Shown one piece after another: positions 9,464-17,066 of a stretch of 64,000 nucleotides of DNA. The stretch is from IMG/VR virus record IMGVR_UViG_3300045988_154953. One strand, given 5' to 3'. How positions within the stretch are numbered: position 1 is the first letter of the stretch; each line of letters opens with the position of its first letter. A model generated the notes under the pieces. That model was given only the letters and a program-made list of their open reading frames with translations, did not search any database and had not been told where the DNA came from. The DNA comes from a virus. The translations under genes were made by a program, and so were the position numbers.

Positions 9464-10222
9464 ATGAAGTATAAAGTTGGAGATAGAGTTAAGATTAGAG
9501 AAGATTTGATAGTTGGTAAGAAGTATGGAGGTAAAATTCTAACAGAAGTTTTTGCAAGATATCGTGGTAGAATTAGCATAATTGATTTTTGTTATACTAA
9601 TTCTAATACTTATGAAATCAAGGATAGTCTTTTAAGTTTTCCAGAAGAAATGATTGAAGGATTTGCAGAAAATAAAACAAAGGAGAATGTTGAAATGCAT
9701 TATAGTAATATCAAAGGAGAAACTGAGAAATTTCATAAATTAGAAGAATGTGTCTCACTATTTGTAAAAATTAAAGATTATGTGATTATTGTACCAAATA
9801 AAGTTGTTGAAGTATTATTCGAAGATAGTAAAACTGAGAAAATGGTATGCCAGGAAAAGGATGATTTTGATATCAGAAGATGCTTATTCATTGCATTAGC
9901 AAAACATATGTACAAACAAGAATATACATTCGAAGGAATTGAGTATAAAGCAAATGAAATGATGTATATGAAAAAATATGTTAAGATGGTAGACAATGTA
10001 ATCAAAAAACATATCAAAGGTGAATTGGTTGTACAGAAGAAGAAACAACAAGAGCAGGAAGAAAAGGAGCGTATTGCTAGAAGACGAGCTAAAAGATATG
10101 CTTATAAAGAACGTCGTAAACAGAAAGAAGAAGCTCGTCAGATTGAAATGCAGAAAGAAGCTTATCTTAAAGCAATGAAAGAGTATGACTTAGAGAAAGC
10201 TGAAAAGAAAAAGAGTAAATAA
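9464..10222 (+). CDS. hypothetical protein with Lys/Glu/Arg-rich C-terminal tail
   Basis: ORF. ATG at 9464 lies within the track ORF. Confidence 0.6.
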   Translation: MKYKVGDRVKIREDLIVGKKYGGKILTEVFARYRGRISIIDFCYTNSNTYEIKDSLLSFPEEMIEGFAENKTKENVEMHYSNIKGETEKFHKLEECVSLFVKIKDYVIIVPNKVVEVLFEDSKTEKMVCQEKDDFDIRRCLFIALAKHMYKQEYTFEGIEYKANEMMYMKKYVKMVDNVIKKHIKGELVVQKKKQQEQEEKERIARRRAKRYAYKERRKQKEEARQIEMQKEAYLKAMKEYDLEKAEKKKSK

Positions 10223-10227
10223 CGCAG

Positions 10228-10244
10228 AAACTAATCAATTTAAT
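10228..10244 (+). promoter_or_regulatory. 17-nt motif copy M6 (AAACTAATCAATTTAAT)
   Basis: Lies 23 nt upstream of the ATG at 10267. Confidence 0.55.
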
Positions 10245-10266
10245 TTTACAGTTTGAGGAAATATAA

Positions 10267-12867
10267 ATGAATGGATTAAACAAAAATGAGGTTCTTGAAA
10301 GTAGAAGAACTTATGGAAGTAATAAGCTTCCAGAACCTAAAATGAAGAAATGGTATGATTTTGCTATACAAGCATTAACAGAAAAAATTACATTAATTTT
10401 AATCGCAATTGCAGTTTTACAGTTAGTTCTTGGAATAATTGGAGTTTCGGAAATTTCAACTCCAATTATGATTATTATCGTACTTGCAATCGTAACAATA
10501 CTTGGTATAAAAACAAATCTTGGAGTACAAAGATCAGCTGCCGAATTACGAGCGAGAACAGCAACCAGATATTGTGATGTAATTCGTAATGGAGAACTTC
10601 AAACAATAAATAAAGATGAACTAGTAGTTGGTGATCTTGTATGTGTGAGAATGGGACAAGAAATATTTGCAGATGGTTATTTGATTGAAGGTAAAATTTC
10701 AGTAAATAACGCTGCTATTAATGGTGAAACAAAAGAATGTAAGAAAACACCAATTGAAGGATACAAACATATAAAAACAACATCTACAGATGCTTATACA
10801 AATCAAAACTGTTTATTCGCAGGAACTACAGTTATGGCCGGTGAAGGTAAAATGATTGTTACAGATGTTGGTGTTAATACTATAAATGGTGATACACTTG
10901 TTAAAATGCAGACTCTTGAAGCACCTAAAACAGCTCTTGATATTGCACTTGATAATTTATGTGATTTTATCTCAAAATGGGGTACAATTGCAGCATTTGT
11001 AGCATTTGTTATTCTCATGATAACTAGTGTCATGCAAGTTGGTTTTGTGGAATATTTTAGTGGTGATATTCTTGATATTATTCATAAAATTGCATTGAAT
11101 TTTTCTGTAGCAGTAACAATTATTGTAGCTGCTGTACCAGAGGGTCTTCCAATGATTGTCAAGCTTGTTACAAAACAGAATGTTAATACAATGGAAAAAT
11201 TTAATATTCTTGCAAAAAATCCTGGAAAGATTCCAGAACTTGCTTATGTTGATATCATTTGCACAGATAAAACTGGTACATTAACAACAGGAATTATGAC
11301 ACCAAAGAAAATCATTGATGGATATGGAAATGAAGTTGATCAGAAATCAATTCTTTGGAGTAATATTAAAGATAATATTTGTTTAAATAATAGTGCTGCG
11401 TTTGATTCAGATGATAATATTACAGGCGGGAATTCAATTGACAGAGCACTTCTTGGACTGGTTTCTTCGGAACAATATAATGAAATCATTAACAGATATT
11501 CTGTTAAATTAAAACAGGTATTTAGTAGTGAAAATAAGTATTCTGCATTTACATGTTCTGATGGAGTTACATATTATAAAGGTGCTCCAGAAAAACTTAT
11601 TGACTCATGTACATCAGTTTTAAATTCTGGAGTAGAAATATTTTCTGATAACAACAAAAAGAAATTATATGAACATATTAAGGAAATGACAGAAAAGTCA
11701 ATGAGATGTATTGCTTTAACAATGAGTAATGAAGATTTGGTTGAAAATCAGCTTCCAAATAATATGACGTTTCTTGGTGTTATTGGAGTAGTAGATCCTG
11801 TAAGAGATGAAGTACCTGATGCTGTTAAAACAGCTCATGAAGCGGGTATACAGGTAATTGAAATTACAGGTGATTGTCTTGAAACAGCGAAAGCAGTTGC
11901 TGCGGAATGTGGAATTTACAAAAACGGTGATCTTGCCATTACAAATGATGAGTTTGAAAAAATGTCTGATGATGAAGTTAAATTAATCATTCCTAGATTG
12001 AGAGTTATTTCAAGATGTTCACCAAATACAAAATTAAGACTTGTAACTATTGCTCAAGAAGTAGGAAAATCAGTTGCCATGACAGGTGATGGAGTTAATG
12101 ATTCACCAGCATTAAAGAAAGCAGACGTTGGTTTTGGAATGCAAAGCGGATCTGATGTAGCAAAAGAAGCATCAGACATTATATTGACAGATGATAATTT
12201 TGCAAGTGTTGTAAAAGCAGTCGAACTTGGCAGAACATTCATGCACAATATTATGATGTTCCTTGAGTTTCAGCTCCCTATTAATATTTCACTTTTAATT
12301 TTGAGCGTAATTTATCCTATCATTGCGACAGGTGCATTACTTGCTTCTGTTCAAATTCTGATAATTAATATTATCATGGATTCTTTGAATTCATTATCAT
12401 TTGGTGGTGAGCCACCGAAAGAAGAATATATGCTAGAGAAACCTATTAAAAAAGGATCTGGACTTTTTATTAGAGGAGCAAAGAAACGAATTGCTGTTAG
12501 TACGATCACGTTTATTGTTTTATATGCGATTATTACATTTACTCCAATTAAGAATATGTTTTCGTCAGAAACAGAAGCTATGACCGCAAGATTTGCATTA
12601 CTTTGTTTTATGGCTGTGTTCAATGGGTTTAATATCCGTACAGAACATATGAATTTATTTAAAGGAATCGGAAAGAATAAGTTGTTTTTATATATTGCAA
12701 TTGGAATTTTTGTAATGACGATTGTTTTATGTAATGTTGTAGGATCATTCATTAAAGTGACTCAGTTGGATTCAATACATTGGTTAACAATTATTGCATT
12801 ATCATTTATTGTTATTCCAGTTGATCTTATCAGAAAGGTAATCGACCGTAAAACTAAGGAGGCATAA
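10267..12867 (+). CDS. P-type ATPase, Ca2+-ATPase-like (P2 type)
   Basis: DKTGTLT phosphorylation site, TGD, GDGVNDSPALKKADVG hinge, about 10 TM segments. Confidence 0.9.
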   Translation: MNGLNKNEVLESRRTYGSNKLPEPKMKKWYDFAIQALTEKITLILIAIAVLQLVLGIIGVSEISTPIMIIIVLAIVTILGIKTNLGVQRSAAELRARTATRYCDVIRNGELQTINKDELVVGDLVCVRMGQEIFADGYLIEGKISVNNAAINGETKECKKTPIEGYKHIKTTSTDAYTNQNCLFAGTTVMAGEGKMIVTDVGVNTINGDTLVKMQTLEAPKTALDIALDNLCDFISKWGTIAAFVAFVILMITSVMQVGFVEYFSGDILDIIHKIALNFSVAVTIIVAAVPEGLPMIVKLVTKQNVNTMEKFNILAKNPGKIPELAYVDIICTDKTGTLTTGIMTPKKIIDGYGNEVDQKSILWSNIKDNICLNNSAAFDSDDNITGGNSIDRALLGLVSSEQYNEIINRYSVKLKQVFSSENKYSAFTCSDGVTYYKGAPEKLIDSCTSVLNSGVEIFSDNNKKKLYEHIKEMTEKSMRCIALTMSNEDLVENQLPNNMTFLGVIGVVDPVRDEVPDAVKTAHEAGIQVIEITGDCLETAKAVAAECGIYKNGDLAITNDEFEKMSDDEVKLIIPRLRVISRCSPNTKLRLVTIAQEVGKSVAMTGDGVNDSPALKKADVGFGMQSGSDVAKEASDIILTDDNFASVVKAVELGRTFMHNIMMFLEFQLPINISLLILSVIYPIIATGALLASVQILIINIIMDSLNSLSFGGEPPKEEYMLEKPIKKGSGLFIRGAKKRIAVSTITFIVLYAIITFTPIKNMFSSETEAMTARFALLCFMAVFNGFNIRTEHMNLFKGIGKNKLFLYIAIGIFVMTIVLCNVVGSFIKVTQLDSIHWLTIIALSFIVIPVDLIRKVIDRKTKEA

Positions 12868-12868
12868 A

Positions 12869-13645
12869 ATGGGATTATTTGGTAAATTATTCAAAGGGAA
12901 CAAAGTTGATACGAAAGAAAATGAAGCTATACTAAAAAATAGCACAGTTAGTCAAAACGTGATTGACATGTCTAAGTCATCAGAAAACTTAAATAAAGTT
13001 CTGATCAATATGTCTAAAACCGGAAAAATTGATATGACAAAACATGTTGCACGAGTTGCACTTGCTATGGATTATTCTGGCAGTATGTATAATTTGTATG
13101 ACAATGGATCTGTACAGAATGTTATCACAAGACTTCTTCCTATCGCATTGAAATTCGATGATAATGGTGAACTTGAAGCTTGGTTGTTTTCTAATGGTAA
13201 AGAAAGACTTGCTGCAGTAACAACTGAAAATTATAAAAACTATGTAAAAAAAGTAATGATGAAGTCAGGAATGAGAATGGGCGGTACAAATTATGCGCCT
13301 GTATTGGAAGATATGGTGATGTATTATAAAGATATTGAACCAAGCACTGTTCCAGCATTTATCATTTTTATTACAGACGGAGAAAATTTCGACACCGATG
13401 AAACGAATAGAATTATAAAAGAGTTATCAAACTATAATATTTTTATTCAATTTATTGGTATTGGTAATGAAGATTTTAAATACCTTAAATCCTTAGATAA
13501 CATGAAAGGTAGAAAACATGATAATACAGGGTTTACAGCTGTAGAGGATATGAACAAAATGACAGACGAAGAGTTGTACACAGAAATACTTAGACAGTAT
13601 AGTGCTTGGTATGAACGTAGTAAAGGAGTAAATAAATATGAGTAA
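12869..13645 (+). CDS. vWA domain protein (TerF/TerY-like)
   Basis: MIDAS motif DYSGSM. FITDGEN motif. Confidence 0.75.
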   Translation: MGLFGKLFKGNKVDTKENEAILKNSTVSQNVIDMSKSSENLNKVLINMSKTGKIDMTKHVARVALAMDYSGSMYNLYDNGSVQNVITRLLPIALKFDDNGELEAWLFSNGKERLAAVTTENYKNYVKKVMMKSGMRMGGTNYAPVLEDMVMYYKDIEPSTVPAFIIFITDGENFDTDETNRIIKELSNYNIFIQFIGIGNEDFKYLKSLDNMKGRKHDNTGFTAVEDMNKMTDEELYTEILRQYSAWYERSKGVNKYE

Positions 13646-14276
13646 TGTAATTAATATGAGTAAGAATCAGAAAATTAATATGACTAAAGATAATGGTGAG
13701 GCAATTAAGAATTTCTTCATTGGTGTAAATTGGGATCAAAATAGATATGCTGGAGAAGCAGATATTGATTTTGATATCAATGGTTTCTTAACAAATTCTG
13801 ACAGAAAAGTAATATACCCAAAAGATATTGTTAATTATAATACATATAATAGCAACGATTATCCATGGGTTGAATATTCCGGTGATAATTTAACAGGTGA
13901 TAATTCTATAGGTATTACATTTGATGGAAAGCATTATGATGAGTATTTTATTGTACACGCTGATTTATTTCCAAATGATAGAACAGATTTTACTATTTGC
14001 TTAACAATTTATAGAGCGGTTCAAAGATTGCAGAATTTTGGTATGATAAGCAATGCTTCAATGATGATTTGTGATTATGATGATCCAAGTGATAAAAAAT
14101 GGGAGTTTAACCTTTCTGAAGATGAAAAATTTGAAAATTTAAATGCTGTAGAAATAGGAAGACTTTATCGTTACGGTAACGGATTTAAATTTCAAGCACT
14201 TGGATCAGGATATGTCGGTGGAATGACAGAGCTGTTCAAAAACTTTGGATTAGATATTGATGAAGGTAGGGATTGA
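13638..14276 (+). CDS. TerD-family stress protein
   Basis: GDNLTGD signature (TerD Ca2+-binding motif) and IGVNWD motif. Confidence 0.75.
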   Translation: MSNVINMSKNQKINMTKDNGEAIKNFFIGVNWDQNRYAGEADIDFDINGFLTNSDRKVIYPKDIVNYNTYNSNDYPWVEYSGDNLTGDNSIGITFDGKHYDEYFIVHADLFPNDRTDFTICLTIYRAVQRLQNFGMISNASMMICDYDDPSDKKWEFNLSEDEKFENLNAVEIGRLYRYGNGFKFQALGSGYVGGMTELFKNFGLDIDEGRD

Positions 14277-14279
14277 TAG

Positions 14280-15011
14280 GTGGCTGCAATTATAATTGTT
14301 ATTACCATTATTATAGTTGGTGTATTATTTTTCACAAAGACAGGCAAAAGATTGAGACTTAGAGCGTCAGGCACAGCAGAAGAAATGATAACAAAAGATG
14401 CTGCAACACCAAATGGAGCTAAAGCACACTATAATGCCGTTATTTCAAAAAAAGAAGAAGAATATCAGAACGTAAACAAATTTTATACTGAAACGCTTGG
14501 AAACATTAAATTCTATGAAACACAATTGCGTTCATTGCAAAAAGAAAATATGCAGTTAAACCTTAATATTAATAATTGTGTTGAGAAAAACGATGATAAT
14601 GGTGCTAAAGTATATTTAGGTCGTCAACAAGAAGTAAATGATAAGATTGATATTATCAAAAATACTTTAGTTGAATTACGAAGAAATTCTGAGCTTCAAA
14701 AGGAAAATTTAGATACATTATATGAAAATATTAATAATTTAAAGTCCGAAAAGGAAACTTCAGTTTTGACTCTTGAAGCAGCTGAGATAACAAAATCATT
14801 AAAATCCGCTCCTGGTGTTTATTCGCAAGAAGAAGATAAAATGCTTGAAAAAGTACGCGATGGAGTAAAGAAAGCTAAGAAAGAAGCAGATGGCGTTAGT
14901 ATCGCTTATGAAAATTCAATGGATGTTCAACAGAAACGTCTTGATAAGAAAATGAAAGATGACGAAGTTAATAGAAAGCTTAAACAACTAAAAGATGCTA
15001 AGAAAAAATAA
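14280..15011 (+). CDS. membrane-anchored coiled-coil protein, PspA/IM30-like (tentative)
   Basis: N-terminal TM helix followed by a long heptad-rich helical region of PspA-like composition. GTG start. Confidence 0.5.
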   Translation: MAAIIIVITIIIVGVLFFTKTGKRLRLRASGTAEEMITKDAATPNGAKAHYNAVISKKEEEYQNVNKFYTETLGNIKFYETQLRSLQKENMQLNLNINNCVEKNDDNGAKVYLGRQQEVNDKIDIIKNTLVELRRNSELQKENLDTLYENINNLKSEKETSVLTLEAAEITKSLKSAPGVYSQEEDKMLEKVRDGVKKAKKEADGVSIAYENSMDVQQKRLDKKMKDDEVNRKLKQLKDAKKK

Positions 15012-15026
15012 ACTAATCAATTTAAC
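15010..15026 (+). promoter_or_regulatory. 17-nt motif copy M7 (AAACTAATCAATTTAAC)
   Basis: Ends 8 nt upstream of the -35 at 15035. Confidence 0.55.
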
Positions 15027-15034
15027 AAAAAATA

Positions 15035-15066
15035 TTGACAGAAAATAATATATATGATATTATAAT
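15035..15066 (+). promoter_or_regulatory. SigA-type promoter of the RNA-array operon
   Basis: TTGACA, 17 nt, TGaTATTAT(AAT). Confidence 0.65.
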
Positions 15067-15096
15067 CATGTCAGCAAGGATAGTTTTTGTAAAATT

Positions 15097-15113
15097 AAAC
15101 TAATCAATATAAT
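15097..15113 (+). promoter_or_regulatory. 17-nt motif copy M8 (AAACTAATCAATATAAT)
   Basis: Exact consensus, about 35 nt downstream of the promoter. Confidence 0.55.
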
Positions 15114-15354
15114 TTCCAAATGGTTTAAAATTTCCATTTGTTGAAAGAATCTGGTGTACGGAGCACGATAAATTGTTTTATTTAATTATAAAATAATTTG
15201 TAAGAAATAAGTTCAATTCTTATTGATTCTTCTTTGGCTTGCTGAAGCCAATCTCATACTTTTCATTCCATATCTTCTTTATAAGCTCTGATCCAGTTTT
15301 GAAGAATACATTGGAAGATGTTCACTTACTCATCTATAAAAAAGTAAGTAATAT

Positions 15355-15437
15355 AGGAGTGTGGTGAAATTGGATAGACACCCCAGATTTTGATTCTGGT
15401 GTCGCAAGACGTGTGGGTTCGAGTCCCACCACTCCCG
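15355..15437 (+). tRNA. class II (long variable arm) tRNA with apparent anticodon UUG
   Basis: T arm GTGGG-TTCGAGT-CCCAC. 3-bp D stem with a 12-nt loop. Anticodon arm CCAGA-TTTTGAT-TCTGG. Variable arm GTC-GCAA-GAC. Discriminator G. A1xC72 mismatch. Confidence 0.6.
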
Positions 15438-15636
15438 CTATGAACAAACTCCGAAGTACAAGGATAGTAGTTCAGAATGGATCCATAAAACAATTAAAAC
15501 ATCAAAAATACGCTGTTTTATTTCTTTATATTTAAATCTCGGTTTGGAGTTTGTAAGAAACAGTCTTTAGGTTACGTTAATATCTAGAAAACTTACCGGA
15601 GTTCGGCACTCTGGAGTGGATGTCTACCACTCAAGT

Positions 15637-15706
15637 TGCACTGCTAATGGATTAGCTGCTAAGTAGTCATTGGCCATGCAGAAAGGTTCGATTCCTTTCA
15701 GTGCAA
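15637..15706 (+). ncRNA. tRNA-like gene with non-canonical D and anticodon arms
   Basis: Acceptor TGCACTG/CAGTGCA. T arm AAAGG-TTCGATT-CCTTT. D region CTAA-TGGA-TTAG. Best anticodon arm GCTAA-GTAGTCA-TTGGC has C at position 37. Confidence 0.45.
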
Positions 15707-15963
15707 TTAAATTCTTTATTTCAGAGAAGTGAATAATCAGCATTAGGCTTAACACAAATGATAAGCATAAACTTGTTGCCAAGTGATTCTTGTAAAAAGA
15801 TTATAGAGTAAACTATTAAAAATCCTGCAAATAATCTCGTAGATCAGAGATTATCAGATATCTAGTCAATAAAAGGCGTTCACGACATCTGACAGAGAAT
15901 ATTAATTATTATGAAATGTATAAAATTAATGCGGATCATTTGCTTAGAATCATGATTCAGGTT

Positions 15964-16026
15964 TGTTCATTGGTGTAAAGGTGCATATCAGAAATGATGG
16001 TTCTGGTTCGACTCCAGAATGAACAA
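15964..16026 (+). ncRNA. tRNA-like gene lacking an anticodon arm (63 nt)
   Basis: Acceptor TGTTCAT/ATGAACA, a D arm, and T arm TCTGG-TTCGACT-CCAGA. The anticodon arm is replaced by ATCA-GAAA-TGAT. Confidence 0.5.
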
Positions 16027-16126
16027 TTATCTCATAAGTAGAAATGAGATGTGAGGACGCTATCCAAAATATAAGAAATAGTAAGCTTATGGATTGCTTG
16101 TACAAATATGCTGAAAATCCACACTT

Positions 16127-16200
16127 AGGAAATTAGCTCAGTTGGTGAGAGCGGCGGCCTTATAAGCCGTGTGTGCTGGGTTCAAGTCCCAGATTTCCTA
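16127..16200 (+). tRNA. tRNA-Ile (anticodon UAU)
   Basis: Full cloverleaf: AGGAAAT/ATTTCCT, GCTC-AGTTGGTGA-GAGC, GCGGC-CTTATAA-GCCGT, CTGGG-TTCAAGT-CCCAG. No encoded CCA. Confidence 0.85.
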
Positions 16201-16387
16201 TTCAATATAAAATAAGTATAAATGAACCATATAAAATATTCATATGTCATTCACTCCTGTTTTTACATACAATCTTTTTGGTTCATTAAATTCTATTTTG
16301 TATTTAGGCGATTTCTGCAATTCAAAGAAATTATAAAGTTATAATTAGACTTAAAATCTAATCGATAAAATTATATCGTCTAGTAAT

Positions 16388-16456
16388 GGCTTCATGGCGT
16401 AAAGGTTAGCGCAATAATCTAGTAATGAGGATCTGGTTCGAATCCAGATGAAGCCA
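16388..16456 (+). ncRNA. tRNA-like gene with an unpaired, shortened anticodon region
   Basis: Acceptor GGCTTCA/TGAAGCC, a D arm, and T arm TCTGG-TTCGAAT-CCAGA. The 19-nt middle segment AATAATCTAGTAATGAGGA forms no stem. Confidence 0.5.
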
Positions 16457-16504
16457 GCAGTATTTATTACTGTAATTCTTTTATATACCCTCCAATACAA
16501 CAGA

Positions 16505-16557
16505 TAGACACTAACAGCAATTTTTACATATGGTATTAAAAATATTTATGGTGTCTA
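16505..16557 (+). ncRNA. stem-closed ACAGCAA element E1
   Basis: TAGACAC (16505-11) pairs with GTGTCTA (16551-57). ACAGCAA at 16514-20. Confidence 0.5.
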
Positions 16558-16563
16558 GAATAT

Positions 16564-16683
16564 GGAAGACGTAGGGAAGTGGCCAAACCCAACAAAGAAT
16601 AGTGGTTAGCTACTTAATCGCTTACAGCAAAGTTAATTGTAAAACAGGCAAGTTTTCGTGAGTTCGAATCTCACCGTCTTCCA
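16564..16683 (+). tRNA. interrupted class II tRNA-like gene (Tyr-like D arm), about 45-nt insertion carrying ACAGCAA
   Basis: Acceptor GAAGACG/CGTCTTC with G-1 and C73. D arm GGG-AAGTGGCCAAA-CCC. Variable arm AAAAC-AGGCAA-GTTTT. T arm GTGAG-TTCGAAT-CTCAC. ACAGCAA at 16624-30. Anticodon not assignable. Confidence 0.5.
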
Positions 16684-16688
16684 AACCT

Positions 16689-16811
16689 CGTCAGATAGTT
16701 TCAATTGGTAAAACACTGCTTAAATCAAATGTGATTAGTTAATTAATCACTAACAGCAATATTCTTATGATGGGCCTGGCAGAACTATAGGTTCGAATCC
16801 TATTCTGGCGA
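16689..16811 (+). tRNA. interrupted tRNA-like gene; the anticodon-stem halves are separated by about 57 nt
   Basis: Acceptor CGTCAGA/TCTGGCG. D arm GTTT-CAATTGGTA-AAAC. Stem CTGCT...GGCAG. Inner hairpin GTGATTA-GTTAAT-TAATCAC followed by TA-ACAGCAA (16753-59). T arm ATAGG-TTCGAAT-CCTAT. Confidence 0.5.
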
Positions 16812-16813
16812 TT

Positions 16814-16870
16814 TAGACGGATACAGCAATTTAATGGATAAGACTTTTAATCTTAATACCAAGCCGTCTA
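16814..16870 (+). ncRNA. stem-closed ACAGCAA element E2 with a Lys(UUU) anticodon stem-loop and no D/T arms
   Basis: TAGACGG/CCGTCTA 7-bp closing stem. ACAGCAA at 16823-29. TAAGA-CTTTTAA-TCTTA at 16839-55. Confidence 0.55.
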
Positions 16871-16877
16871 GTATATG

Positions 16878-16992
16878 AGGAATATAGCTCAGTTGGTAGA
16901 GCATCGGACAATACAAAAAAGAGTCTAGTTATAGACTTGAACAGCAAATTATAAAACTCTGACTGTCGTTGGTTCGAATCCAACTATTCCTC
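16878..16992 (+). tRNA. interrupted tRNA-like gene (Lys-like body); the anticodon-stem halves are separated by 49 nt
   Basis: Acceptor AGGAATA/TATTCCT. D arm GCTC-AGTTGGTA-GAGC. Stem TCGGA...TCTGA. Inner hairpin GAGTCTA-GTTA-TAGACTT followed by GA-ACAGCAA (16941-47). T arm GTTGG-TTCGAAT-CCAAC. Confidence 0.5.
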
Positions 16993-16994
16993 AT

Positions 16995-17059
16995 TAGGTG
17001 CAATTACAGCAAAAAGAAAAGCGTATAATTTGGGATTATAATAGCAAAAACTGCACCTA
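16995..17059 (+). ncRNA. stem-closed ACAGCAA element E3 with a Pro(UGG) anticodon stem-loop and no D/T arms
   Basis: TAGGTGCA/TGCACCTA 8-bp closing stem. ACAGCAA at 17006-12. TATAA-TTTGGGA-TTATA at 17024-40 (G at position 37, as in tRNA-Pro). Confidence 0.55.
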
Positions 17060-17066
17060 GTTTGTC

